From positions 1 to 64,000 of IMG/VR virus record IMGVR_UViG_3300037493_006316: 64,000 bases of DNA, one strand, 5' to 3'. This document shows positions 28,858 to 38,271 of this stretch, one piece after another. How positions within the stretch are numbered: position 1 is the stretch's first letter; the number at the start of each line of letters is the position of its first letter. The stretch comes from a virus. The notes beneath the pieces were generated by a model. The model was not told the DNA's origin, did not search any database, and saw only the letters and a list, made by a program, of their open reading frames with translations. The translations under genes were made by a program, and so were the position numbers.

Positions 28858-29503
28858 TGACAGCACCAAGCCCCGGCCTGCCGATGCGGGCCGGGCAACA
28901 CGACGGGCGCGAGGGGCGCCGAGGGGGTGAGGGATGGGCGACATAGAGAAGCTTGAGGCGAGGCTTGATGCGGCCCTGGTGAGAGTCAAGGCGGCGCGAG
29001 CCGATGGTCAGCGCGCCGAGAATGAGGCGCTTGACCTGATGATTCAGATCGGCACCCATTCGGCGCGCAAAGCCGAGGTCGAGCGAGACGCCGCCGTGGC
29101 CCGCGCCGAGGCTGCAGAGGCCCGCGCGACGCTCGCCGAGGCGGACCTCGACGCGCTCGCCCGCACCGTCGGAGCCGCCATCGTGGCGGGCTCGCTCGCC
29201 TCGGGCGAGTCGCTGACCAGCCCACCACAGCACGCCATCGTCTCAACGGTGAACCGGCTGCGCGCCCGCGCTGAGGCTGCGGAGGCAGCGCTGGCCGCCG
29301 CCAATGCGCGCGCCGACCATGCCGTACACCGCGCGGCCAAGGCTGAGGTCGACGTGGATGAGGCTGACGTGCGCTGCGACGGTTTCGAACGCCTGCTTAG
29401 CGAGGGGCTGGAGATCGTCGAGAGCCTGAGCGCCGGGCATGACGTGTGGGCGGCGCAGGTGCGCCGCGCTCTGGGTGTCTGACAGCACAAAGCCCCGGCC
29501 TGC
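28858..29503 (+). repeat. 24-nt direct repeat pair TGACAGCAC(C/A)AAGCCCCGGCCTGC leading into hairpins
   Basis: Copies at 28858-28881 and 29480-29503, one mismatch, each starting at a stop codon. Confidence 0.7.
28934..29482 (+). CDS. Coiled-coil hypothetical protein
   Basis: Repeated RAEAAEA modules; flanked by 24-nt direct repeats. Confidence 0.55.
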   Translation: MGDIEKLEARLDAALVRVKAARADGQRAENEALDLMIQIGTHSARKAEVERDAAVARAEAAEARATLAEADLDALARTVGAAIVAGSLASGESLTSPPQHAIVSTVNRLRARAEAAEAALAAANARADHAVHRAAKAEVDVDEADVRCDGFERLLSEGLEIVESLSAGHDVWAAQVRRALGV

Positions 29504-29591
29504 TGGTAGCAGACCGGGGCCAGAACGCCCGTGCGCCGGGATGCCGCAGCCCATCACACCGTCACCCACAACCAACCCAAACGGAGCCTCA

Positions 29592-30077
29592 ATGCTAACC
29601 ACGGCTTTCGCCCTGGCCTCCTACATACACGCGGGCCAACGCTACGGCAACCGTCCGTTCATCAGCCACGTCATCGACGTGCACGAAGTCATCGCCGCGC
29701 TCTACCCCGACGACGTCGAGCTTCAGGCCGCCGCCTACCTCCACGACGCCATCGAAGACGCCCCTGAAGGCATGGACGCGCGGCAGATGATCGCCGTGCG
29801 CTGCGGCGCCGGTGTGCTCGCCTTGGTCGAGGCCGTCACCGACGAGCCCGGCGAGACCCGCGCCGAGCGCAAGGTCAAGACCCTGCCGAAGACCGCCGCG
29901 GCCGGCTGGCGCGCGGTGGCCCTGAAGCTGGCTGACCGCAGCTGCAACATGCGCGGCCAGGCCCACGCCGCCATGTACCGGGCCGAGCTGCCCGCCTTCC
30001 GCGCCGCGCTCTTTCCGGTCACCGCTGAGCGCCCCGAGTTGGCGCCGCTGTGGGCCGGGCTGGGGGTGGTGTCGTGA
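29592..30077 (+). CDS. HD-domain phosphohydrolase (RelA/SpoT hydrolase-like, Mesh1/SAH type)
   Basis: HAGQRY..PFISH, AAYLHDAIED, VEAVTDE, LKLADRSCN. Confidence 0.85.
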   Translation: MLTTAFALASYIHAGQRYGNRPFISHVIDVHEVIAALYPDDVELQAAAYLHDAIEDAPEGMDARQMIAVRCGAGVLALVEAVTDEPGETRAERKVKTLPKTAAAGWRAVALKLADRSCNMRGQAHAAMYRAELPAFRAALFPVTAERPELAPLWAGLGVVS

Positions 30078-30832
30078 TCGCCTGGATTGCCACCGACAAC
30101 TCGGATGGCGGCCCGCTCGCCTTCGACCATGACTTTGTGGCCATCGCCGAGGGCTACGAGCGCCTCGGCTACGAGGTCAAGGCCCTGCGGACCACGATCA
30201 ACCCGCACCAGACCCGCCCGGTGGACATGGGCGGGGTGACGGCCGAGACGCCCGTGGTCGGCGACCTGCGGCTGCTGCCGCGGCTGGTGACCGCCCTTGG
30301 CGGTCGGTGGGAGCCGATGCCGTCGTGGCCGGAGCAGCTCCGGTACTACATGCGCCGCGACCTGTCCGAGATCCGCGCCGAGGATGCCATCGACCGCATC
30401 CTCAACGGCGAGCGCCTGTTCCTGAAGCTCGATCACAAGTGGCTGCCGGGCGCGATCTACGACCTGGGCAACGTCGAGGCGCTGATGAACATCCACGAGG
30501 GTACGTTGCTCATGCGGTCGGAGATCGTTGACTTTGCGGCTGAGTGGCGCATCTTCTACGATGAGCACGGCGAGGTGGAGCACATGGCGCAGTATCGCGG
30601 TGAGGCCCATCCCATCGGTGACGCGCACTTCGAGCACGTCCGGTCGGCCGGCAAAGCCTTCGGCCGCGCTCCGGCCGGGCTCAGCATTGACTTCGGCGTC
30701 ACGCGCGGCTGGCACCTGCGCGTCGTCGAGGCGCACGCCGGGCCCGCCCTGGGGCTCTACGGCCTGCCCCCGCTTCTGGCTGCCCAACGGCACCTCCGCG
30801 CATGGCGCGCGTGCTTCGAGGTGGCGCCATGA
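30074..30832 (+). CDS. ATP-grasp protein (DUF4343 / R2K-like)
   Basis: WPEQLRYYMRR, LFLKL, SEIVDFAAEWRIF, SIDFGVT...VVEAH...LGLYG. Confidence 0.7.
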   Translation: MIAWIATDNSDGGPLAFDHDFVAIAEGYERLGYEVKALRTTINPHQTRPVDMGGVTAETPVVGDLRLLPRLVTALGGRWEPMPSWPEQLRYYMRRDLSEIRAEDAIDRILNGERLFLKLDHKWLPGAIYDLGNVEALMNIHEGTLLMRSEIVDFAAEWRIFYDEHGEVEHMAQYRGEAHPIGDAHFEHVRSAGKAFGRAPAGLSIDFGVTRGWHLRVVEAHAGPALGLYGLPPLLAAQRHLRAWRACFEVAP

Positions 30833-31245
30833 CGCCCTGGGTCGCCCTCCTGGCCATCGACGACGACCGCGACCGCTACGCAGAGCTGGCCCGCCGGCTG
30901 GCGCCGCACCGCGTGGCGGTGCTGGTCATGCACGAGGTCACCCGCGTCGAGCGGCGCCTGTCGACCGCGTCGACCGCGCTGCCCCTGGTCGGGATCTTCC
31001 TCGACCGAGACATGCCGGAGCGCGTGGGCGAGGACTGGGTGGCGCACCTGCCCGTCGATCTGCCGGTGTGCGTGTCGAGCGCCAACCGGGCCATGGCTCG
31101 GGTCGTCGCGGCGCGCCTGCGCGGCCGGGGCATCCACCACGTCGTGATGAGCGCGCTGGACGCCTCGCCCGAGTGGCCGTGGATGGGGTGGGCGCTCGAC
31201 GTGGTCGGTCGACATCGGCTTGCGGCCGCCCAGGCCCCGCGGTAG
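30829..31245 (+). CDS. Cyclic-phosphate-processing receiver-domain protein
   Basis: LAIDDDRDR, IFLDRDM, SSAN motifs. Confidence 0.65.
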   Translation: MTPWVALLAIDDDRDRYAELARRLAPHRVAVLVMHEVTRVERRLSTASTALPLVGIFLDRDMPERVGEDWVAHLPVDLPVCVSSANRAMARVVAARLRGRGIHHVVMSALDASPEWPWMGWALDVVGRHRLAAAQAPR

Positions 31246-31283
31246 GCTGGCGACGTTCTTCGCCGTCGCGCTTTCGGCGCTTG

Positions 31284-31322
31284 AGGCCCGCTGGGATGTC
31301 CCCGGCGGGCCTTTCGCTGTTG
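31284..31322 (+). terminator. Intrinsic terminator
   Basis: AGGCCCGCTGGG...CCCGGCGGGCCT stem followed by TTCGCTGTT. Confidence 0.55.
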
Positions 31323-31694
31323 GCCTTGTTGCTGTTCCAGGGCCCTGGCTGCAACAAGGCGCGCCGAACCGTCCCCATGTTGCAGCCCGTTGCCATCGCA
31401 GCCGCTGCCGCGGCGCGCTACCTTCTCGCTCGGCTCGAACGGACGGAAGGTGCCCCATGGCGCCACGGAGGGACGTGCACCGCGCAGACCCACCGCCCGC
31501 CGACGACCCGCGCCACCGGCTCTCGCTTTGGCTCCTGTCGCAGTTGACCCGGCCGAAGATCGGCGAACCGATGCTGATGCACCTGATGGTCGGGATTCTG
31601 CTGCTGCTCATGATGCAAGGAGGCCCCCGGTTGGGGAGCCTCCTCAGGTTGGCCTTCGCGGCCGGCCGGCTCTACGGACAGACCGCAGAGCGGC

Positions 31695-32048
31695 TTAGAG
31701 CGGCTCGGGGTAGGTGAAGCCGTTGTAGCGCTTCGCGTGGTTGCGCAGGGCCTGCCGCGCGGCCGTCGCGGTGATGCCCCGCGCGCCCGCCCCGCTGATG
31801 ACCCGGGCGTACCAGGCCGGGCTCTTGTCTTCGAGGTCCTCGGCCCAGTCGAGCGTGGTGACCTGGTCGTTGGCCGCGCTCGACCGCAGGGTGTTCCACT
31901 GCGCCATGGACAGGAACTCGTCTGGACTCATCGCGACGTGCAGCATGGCACCCTGGGACGGACTCTCAATGCCGAACGACAGCTCGATCATGACCGTGCC
32001 GTTCTTCTTGACCTTGTCGCTGCCGCAGTTGGTGATGTCGTGGCCCAT
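31695..32048 (-). CDS. Hypothetical protein
   Basis: ATG start coupled to the upstream stop. Confidence 0.5.
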   Translation of the reverse strand: MGHDITNCGSDKVKKNGTVMIELSFGIESPSQGAMLHVAMSPDEFLSMAQWNTLRSSAANDQVTTLDWAEDLEDKSPAWYARVISGAGARGITATAARQALRNHAKRYNGFTYPEPL

Positions 32049-32345
32049 CAGGCCTCCATGGGTTCGGGTTGGTGGTTGACGGTCGGGGTGGGCTCGGGGT
32101 CGAGGTCCAGCGGCTCCTCCGCGGTCTCTGCGGCCCGCAGGAGCAGCAGCAGCAGTGCGCGCTGGGGGGACATGCGGTTGGGTCCAGGCGGCGCGCCCGG
32201 GGCGACAGCGACGCGGCGCATCGCGCTCGACGTCCCCACCGACCGGGCCTCCATCGGTTGGCTCATGAGGTCTCCTTGGGGGCCCAGCGCCCCCGACGCG
32301 CCGCCGCCCGGGAGAGCGCCCCGCGCGCCATCCGGGCCGCGCGGC

Positions 32346-32639
32346 TCACTTCGTGTCCTCGACGATGTCGTGGATGTTGCGGATCTCCTTGCCCAGGCCG
32401 CCGATCCGACCGGCGAGCTTCTGGTCAGCGAGGCGCCGCTCGGCCTCCTCGCCCTTCAGCGCCAGCGCCTGGGCGTCGACCTTGTCCTCGACGGCCTTCA
32501 TCCGGGCGTCGAGCTTCTGGTCAACGCCCGCGGTGACGTGCTTGACCATCCAGCCCAGCAGGCCCAACAGGCCGGCTACCAGCATGCCCAGAATGCCGAC
32601 CGTGGTGGCCGGCACCTCCATCGGCATGCCCTCAGGCAT
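32346..32639 (-). CDS. Holin-like membrane protein
   Basis: One hydrophobic segment then a coiled coil; downstream of the putative endolysin. Confidence 0.55.
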   Translation of the reverse strand: MPEGMPMEVPATTVGILGMLVAGLLGLLGWMVKHVTAGVDQKLDARMKAVEDKVDAQALALKGEEAERRLADQKLAGRIGGLGKEIRNIHDIVEDTK

Positions 32640-32997
32640 CGGGCCCGCCCTTGCGGCCGGCGGCGACCCGCTGGGCCAGGCGCCCGAGCGCAGTGTCGTC
32701 GTCGTCGGCCGCCCGGTTGGCGAGCAGGGCGAGCTCGAGCAGGCCGCGAACGATGGTGTCGCGGCGCGCCTCGCTCAGCTCGGCCCAGCCGGCCGGCATG
32801 CTGTCGACGTCGTCCACGGCCCTGGCGACCCGCTGCAGCACCAGCGCGCGCCGCTCGGCGCCCGACAGGTCCTCGCGGCCCTCAAGCTCGCGCACGAGGT
32901 CGAAGACCAGCATCAGCAGGGTGGCCAGGAGCGGGGCGATCCAGCGCGCGTGCGAGGGCAGGAGCGCGTTGAGCAGGGTCTTGACGATGAGGGTCAA
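32632..32997 (-). CDS. Putative lysis-cassette membrane protein
   Basis: Hydrophobic N-terminus; coupled to the endolysin gene. Confidence 0.45.
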   Translation of the reverse strand: MTLIVKTLLNALLPSHARWIAPLLATLLMLVFDLVRELEGREDLSGAERRALVLQRVARAVDDVDSMPAGWAELSEARRDTIVRGLLELALLANRAADDDDTALGRLAQRVAAGRKGGPDA

Positions 32998-33614
32998 AGG
33001 TCACTCTCCTCGATGAGGGTGTAGGTGAAGCGCTTGCCGCGGCCAGCCATGACCTGCAGGTCCGCCAGCCGCATCAGCTCGTCAAAGTCGCGCTTGTGGC
33101 GGAAGACCTGGCACCCAGCCGAGGCCGATCCCACCCAGTCGTCAGACGCGCCCGAGCCCTGGTGGTGGACGTTGGTCTTGATGTTGCCCTCGAACACCGG
33201 CCCGCCGATGTCGAGCACGCCGTCGCCGTTGTTGTCCCGGGCGTAGCGGGCAGGCACCCGCTGCTCAAGCGCGCGGTGGCCGCCGCCGGGCTTGGAGCGA
33301 CCGTGGATGCCGATCTCGTAGAGCCCGCGGTACTGGCCCGGCAGCAGGATGGCTGTGCCCTGGCTGTGTCGCGCGCCCGTCAGACTGGTGAGGCCCGGGT
33401 CGGTCGTGATCGGGAACGCTTTGGCCACCGGAGCGCCGGACGTGTCGCGGTAGGCGATGACGAACGCGTCGTCGAAGCTGCGCGGCTCGCGGCTGCGGCC
33501 GCGGATGCCGATCAGGTTGAGGTTGTAGGTGCCGACGTCGAAGAAGACGTAGCCCTTGCGCTCCAGCACGAGCTTCATCCGCTGGTAGAGGGGTGTGGCG
33601 CCTTCGAGCTGCAT
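32994..33614 (-). CDS. Putative endolysin (YkuD / L,D-transpeptidase-like fold)
   Basis: YNLNLIGIRG, FDD, TTDPG, GTAILLPGQY, NVHH...SAGCQV (His/Cys). Confidence 0.7.
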   Translation of the reverse strand: MQLEGATPLYQRMKLVLERKGYVFFDVGTYNLNLIGIRGRSREPRSFDDAFVIAYRDTSGAPVAKAFPITTDPGLTSLTGARHSQGTAILLPGQYRGLYEIGIHGRSKPGGGHRALEQRVPARYARDNNGDGVLDIGGPVFEGNIKTNVHHQGSGASDDWVGSASAGCQVFRHKRDFDELMRLADLQVMAGRGKRFTYTLIEESDL

Positions 33615-33650
33615 GGGGCCTCCGGGTTAGCGTCGGGCCTGGGGGCCGAC

Positions 33651-34427
33651 ATGGTGATCGCGTGCGACCTGGACAACCAGCACTCCGGCCTCGCCCTTCT
33701 CGCTGGCGAGCCCGGCCGTGAACAGGTGCTCGACGTGCGGCGCGTGGTCATGGGCCCCGACCCCTTCGAGGCCATCATGTGCCGAGTCGCGCCCGTCGTC
33801 ATCGGCTGGCTTGAAGAGCAGCCCACCGCGCGGCTGCTCATCGAGCGGCCGCCCGGCAAGGTCAGCGCGAGCCTGCAGCACGGCCCTCAAGCGGTCATCG
33901 GGGAGGCGCAAGGGTGGGTCGCCGGCGTCCTGGCGGGCGCTGTGGCCTCCAGGCTGGTCGCTCCGCCCGTCCGCGTGCCCAACGGGGCCTGGCACGACAC
34001 GCTGGCCCTGGTGGCCGCCAGGCGGGGCGTCAGCCTGCCCACGGCCCACCGCAAGGGCGCGGGCCCGCCACCCGACCTGGTGCGGGTCGGCGGCGCCCTG
34101 CGCCTGCACTGGGCCTGCGGTCACGAGCTGCCCTTCAACCCGGCCGAGGCCGCCCGGGCGCCGCAGGCCTGCCCCACCTGCGCCAAGGCCCCAGCCGACG
34201 CGCGGCGCGACCTGCGCAAGCAGCGGGCGTGGGCGCTGGCCCAGGCGCTGGCCCCCGAGCTCATGGCTGGTGTCGTGGCCGAGGCCACCGCCAAAGCCCG
34301 CAGTGAGCGCGAGCCGTGGCGCCTCGCCGGCGTGGATGATGTCGCCGACGCTGTGGGCGTCGGCCTTCACGGCTTGAACACGAAGCTCGACACGAGCCCG
34401 AGCGGGACCGGCGTGGCCTGCGCGTAG
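33651..34427 (+). CDS. RuvC-like Holliday junction resolvase with Zn-ribbon insertion
   Basis: VIACDLD..HSGLALL, LLIERP, WACGH...CPTC, DDVADAVGVG. Confidence 0.65.
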   Translation: MVIACDLDNQHSGLALLAGEPGREQVLDVRRVVMGPDPFEAIMCRVAPVVIGWLEEQPTARLLIERPPGKVSASLQHGPQAVIGEAQGWVAGVLAGAVASRLVAPPVRVPNGAWHDTLALVAARRGVSLPTAHRKGAGPPPDLVRVGGALRLHWACGHELPFNPAEAARAPQACPTCAKAPADARRDLRKQRAWALAQALAPELMAGVVAEATAKARSEREPWRLAGVDDVADAVGVGLHGLNTKLDTSPSGTGVACA

Positions 34428-36313
34428 TGCACGTTGATGTGGCGGCTGGTGGTCGTGTAGAAGTCCTGATCCAGCGCGAAAATCAGCGCCCCCTCGGGGG
34501 TGAACTGTGCGTGGCCAGTCCGGGGCATGGTCGTGTAGCCGCAGCCGAACACACCGACCTTGCGCAAAATGCGCCGCTCGCGCTGGTAGGTGTAGGTCAG
34601 CGCGAGCAGAACGTACTCCTCAGGGACGACGACAGCCCTGCTCTCCACCGCTCCGGTGATGACGAGCTGCTCGCCGATGAAGTGCGGCTCCACGAGCACC
34701 ACGTCGTCGCCAATGGCCTGCATTTGCGCCGGCGAGCTCCACGTCGAGGGGTTGTCGCTGGTGAACCGGTAGACGCGCCACTCGCTGTCCGTCGTGCTGT
34801 AGATCGTGAAAATCGGCAGCTGGTCAAGCGGGTCGAACGTCATGCGGAAGTCGCGATCCGCCCCCGTCGTGAGCACGTTGAACCCGTTGTTGCTGTTCGT
34901 GCTCCAGGTCTCGCAGTAGTCGTCGCTGTAGATGACCCGGGAGCGCGTCGTGGTCGCGCTGTTGTCCACGTAGGTGGCCGAGAGGTAGACGCGCCCGTTC
35001 AGAGACTGCGTGATGGCCAGCTTGCTGATCGTGTCGGCCGCGTCGACCGCCGCCGGGTTCCAGATCGTGCCCAGCACGGTCCAGCTGGCGCCGCCGTCGA
35101 GGCTGCGGGCGGCCAGCACGCTGTTGGTGGACCCGATGTAGAAGGCCATGATCCGACCGTCGGTGTGGCCGGGCTGCAGGCCGACGGGCTCGGTGGCCGC
35201 GGTGTTGCTGGTGACCTGCACGTCGGTGAACGTCGACCCGTCGAAGTCGAGGTACTCAGGCGCCATGGAGCCGACCGAGCCGTCCCGGTAGCGGAACCGG
35301 ATGCCGCCACCGGTGAGCTTGAACAGCACGCCCATCGTGGGCGAGGCCCACGTGTCCAGGTAGCGGAAGAAGACCGGCCAGGGGTTCAGCAGGTCACCGG
35401 CCGCGTCGGTCCGCACCCGGGCGTATCGGCCCTCCACCCCACCCACGGGACCGGTGCCGTCCGGCGGGTTGAGCACGTCGATCATAGGCTGGAAGGTGAA
35501 GCTGAACGGCAGCCGCGGCCGGGCCCAGCTCTGCGCGCGCCGGTCGATGACCTGGATGGTCGAGCTCGCGCCGGTGTCGAGCATGACGTCAGCCAGCACG
35601 TAGCTGCCCGAGGCCGGGGTGCGCGTGCGGGACGCCAGCTCGTAGACCGGGCGCCAGCGCTGGACCGCGTCGGGCGCCGCAGGCGGGGTGACCCCCTCGG
35701 GGTAGTAGCCGCCGAGGCGCCACTTGCTGGCCGTCTCGCTGAAGCCGGGCGCCGTGGCTACGGTCAGCTCGGTGTCGCTGACGACCGTCAGGACCTCGAA
35801 CTCGCCCACGTTGGCCGCGTTGACCTCGCCGGACACGAGCCGGATCTTCGATGGCAGGGTGTTGCCGGCCGGGTTGCGCGGAGTCAGCATCGTGAACCGC
35901 GTGTTGGTGCCGGTGATCGTCGTGCTGCCCGACGTCAGCACCAGGCTCCCGCGCATGTAGGTCGTCTGCTCGAAGCGCACCGTGAGCGTGCGCCACGTCG
36001 CGTCGTCGGTCACGGTCGGCAGGGTGCGCTGATCGATCTCGACGGTGACCATGCCCTCGGGGGTGTACGCCACCAGCGGGTCCGTCGTGCGGAAGCCCAG
36101 GTAGGCGCCCGACCCGCCGACGAGGCTCTCGACCCGCCACTCGTCGCCGCCCACGCCGTCGGCCTCGGGGGCCACGACCAACCCGTAGGTCCGCAGGGCC
36201 GACCGCGCCGCGGCGAGGATCTCGTCGGACATCATCACGCTGCCCATCGACAGCTCGGCTTGGCCGACCTTGAGGTTCTTCTTCCAGGCGATGCCCTGCC
36301 GGTCGATGGTCAT
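34367..36313 (-). CDS. Tail fibre / receptor-binding protein with BNR (Asp-box) repeats
   Basis: SLDGGASW and SDDYCETW Asp-boxes; Thr/Ser-rich; last gene of the tail cluster. Confidence 0.65.
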   Translation of the reverse strand: MTIDRQGIAWKKNLKVGQAELSMGSVMMSDEILAAARSALRTYGLVVAPEADGVGGDEWRVESLVGGSGAYLGFRTTDPLVAYTPEGMVTVEIDQRTLPTVTDDATWRTLTVRFEQTTYMRGSLVLTSGSTTITGTNTRFTMLTPRNPAGNTLPSKIRLVSGEVNAANVGEFEVLTVVSDTELTVATAPGFSETASKWRLGGYYPEGVTPPAAPDAVQRWRPVYELASRTRTPASGSYVLADVMLDTGASSTIQVIDRRAQSWARPRLPFSFTFQPMIDVLNPPDGTGPVGGVEGRYARVRTDAAGDLLNPWPVFFRYLDTWASPTMGVLFKLTGGGIRFRYRDGSVGSMAPEYLDFDGSTFTDVQVTSNTAATEPVGLQPGHTDGRIMAFYIGSTNSVLAARSLDGGASWTVLGTIWNPAAVDAADTISKLAITQSLNGRVYLSATYVDNSATTTRSRVIYSDDYCETWSTNSNNGFNVLTTGADRDFRMTFDPLDQLPIFTIYSTTDSEWRVYRFTSDNPSTWSSPAQMQAIGDDVVLVEPHFIGEQLVITGAVESRAVVVPEEYVLLALTYTYQRERRILRKVGVFGCGYTTMPRTGHAQFTPEGALIFALDQDFYTTTSRHINVHYAQATPVPLGLVSSFVFKP

Positions 36314-38265
36314 GAGGTCCCCAGGATGATGCGCATGCGGTCGCCAGAGCTCCAGGCCCCAGCGGTGCGCGTGGTGGTGATGGTCAGGCCGGTGATGTTG
36401 GTGATCGTCGCCCGCTCATAGCCCGAGCTGCTCACCAGCTCGACCACGTCGTCGACCGCGAAGCCAAGCGTGCGCGTGACGTCGAAGGAGATGAGCCCCG
36501 CGCCGGCAGACGCGCTCGAGGAGGTCAGCAGCGTGTAGAGCCCGACCCGGTAGGTCAGCTCGGCCGTGCTGATGGGCAGGATGTAGCGCAGGGCCAGCCG
36601 CGCGATGTCGCTCGGGGTCAGCAGCAGCGACTGCGCCGGGAACTCGTAGGTCACCCGGTGCGAGGCGCCCTCGGCGTCGAGGTAGATCGGCGTGACGTCG
36701 GGAAAGGACACGTCGAGGTACCAGCAGGCCGGCGCGCTGTCGTCGGTCTCGAACACGCTGGCGTTGCAGGTCAGGCGCTCCATCTCGACGATGATGCCCC
36801 GGCTGGTGCCGCGCATGGACGCGTTGTCGAGGCGCGACCGCTTCCACGTCTCGAGCTCCCCGTTGCTCTCGCAGCCGCCGCGGAAGACCAGCCGCTCGAT
36901 GGCTGTCTGGTAGAGCATGGACCGCTGCTCGCGCGAGAAGACCTCGCGAGTCGCGACCACGGCGCCGAAGTCGGCGACAACATCACGGCAGGTGCCGTCC
37001 TGCTGCACCGTCAGGTGCGCCCGGGCCGACGTCGCGCTCGACGGGAAGTCGGTCAGCGGTGTGCGGTCGACGATCCGTCCGTCGATCACCAGCAGCACGA
37101 CGCCATCGGCCTCGGCCCGGAGCTGAACGGTGTGCTCCTGGCCTGCGTTCACCCGCCACTGCCGACCGATGGGCGCCGCGTTGAGCCCATCGGTGAACGC
37201 CCAGAAGGCCGCCTCGTTGCGCCACGTGCCTGCGTCGGCCGCGTACAGCGCGACGCGCACGGCTCGCCCGCCGGTGAACAGCTCCAGCAGCGGGCCCAGC
37301 TCATCGTCGGCGCCCGGGGTGCCGCTGTGCCAGATGACCGTCGTCTGGATGGTCGACTCGGTCGCGGCTGCGGTGGGCGCCACAGACAGAGCCGGGAAGA
37401 TGGCCACGGCCCGCTGCAGGTTCACTCCGGCCGCAAAGCGCACGCGCTGCCGCACCAACGAGGCCGTGCCGGTGACGGTCCAGGCCGGGGACTCCGCCGT
37501 CGGCGCCCGCAGGCCGGTCAGCTCAAAGCGGCTGACGACCTCCCGGGCCGCCTGCAACTCAAGCCAGGCCTCGCTGAGCGCCGCGTCGACCGTGGAGTAG
37601 GCGCCAGCCATGCCGCGCAGCAGCGCGTCCCCGACGTTGCCCCAGGCCTGCTGCATCCGGGCGGGAATGCGCGCGACGAAGCGGTCAAGCAGGAAGCTCT
37701 GCGGCTGGAAGGCGTCGACGGACACCCGGGCCGCGGTGATCCGCAGGTCGGCGCCGGTCGCGCTCGCGTCGATGACGCCGACAGTCGCCGAGCCCCAGGG
37801 CAGGGTGCTGGCCGCCGCGCGCTCGTAGGCGATCCGCATCAGCTCCCGGCCGTCCACCTCGACGATCCACCACGCCGCGGTCCACTTCCGCACGCGCAGG
37901 TCGAACGGTCGGGTGCCGAGCGGATGGGCCACGTTCGCGACGACGTTGCCCGCAGAGTCGACCGCCTGAACGCTGGTGCCGCCGACAACGACGGCGAGCT
38001 CGCGCGTGCCGTCGGTCAGGAAAATGCCCACCGGGGGCGCGCCAGAGGCCCAGCCCGCGGCGCTGTACGACGCGAGCTCGACGCGCACCTCGGAGTCAAG
38101 GTGCGACGCGCTGGTCACGTTGCCCAGCGCGCGCGTCATCTTCGCGTCGCCCAGGAACTTCAGCGCGGTCGCGGTGAGCGTGATCGACCCCGTGCCGGCG
38201 TCCTCGGTCCAGTCCGTGCCGTCGGGGCGGACACCCTTGAGGCGGCTCCAGTCGGCGAAGGTCAT
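36310..38265 (-). CDS. Baseplate/tail protein
   Basis: Directly after baseplate J; beta-rich. Confidence 0.55.
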   Translation of the reverse strand: MTFADWSRLKGVRPDGTDWTEDAGTGSITLTATALKFLGDAKMTRALGNVTSASHLDSEVRVELASYSAAGWASGAPPVGIFLTDGTRELAVVVGGTSVQAVDSAGNVVANVAHPLGTRPFDLRVRKWTAAWWIVEVDGRELMRIAYERAAASTLPWGSATVGVIDASATGADLRITAARVSVDAFQPQSFLLDRFVARIPARMQQAWGNVGDALLRGMAGAYSTVDAALSEAWLELQAAREVVSRFELTGLRAPTAESPAWTVTGTASLVRQRVRFAAGVNLQRAVAIFPALSVAPTAAATESTIQTTVIWHSGTPGADDELGPLLELFTGGRAVRVALYAADAGTWRNEAAFWAFTDGLNAAPIGRQWRVNAGQEHTVQLRAEADGVVLLVIDGRIVDRTPLTDFPSSATSARAHLTVQQDGTCRDVVADFGAVVATREVFSREQRSMLYQTAIERLVFRGGCESNGELETWKRSRLDNASMRGTSRGIIVEMERLTCNASVFETDDSAPACWYLDVSFPDVTPIYLDAEGASHRVTYEFPAQSLLLTPSDIARLALRYILPISTAELTYRVGLYTLLTSSSASAGAGLISFDVTRTLGFAVDDVVELVSSSGYERATITNITGLTITTTRTAGAWSSGDRMRIILGTS

Positions 38266-38271
38266 GGGGCC

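Noticed and set aside
33651-34427. TnpB/Cas12-like nuclease
   Set aside because: Only about 258 aa with RuvC motif I at the very N-terminus, no REC/WED region, and no IS ends or room for a guide RNA.
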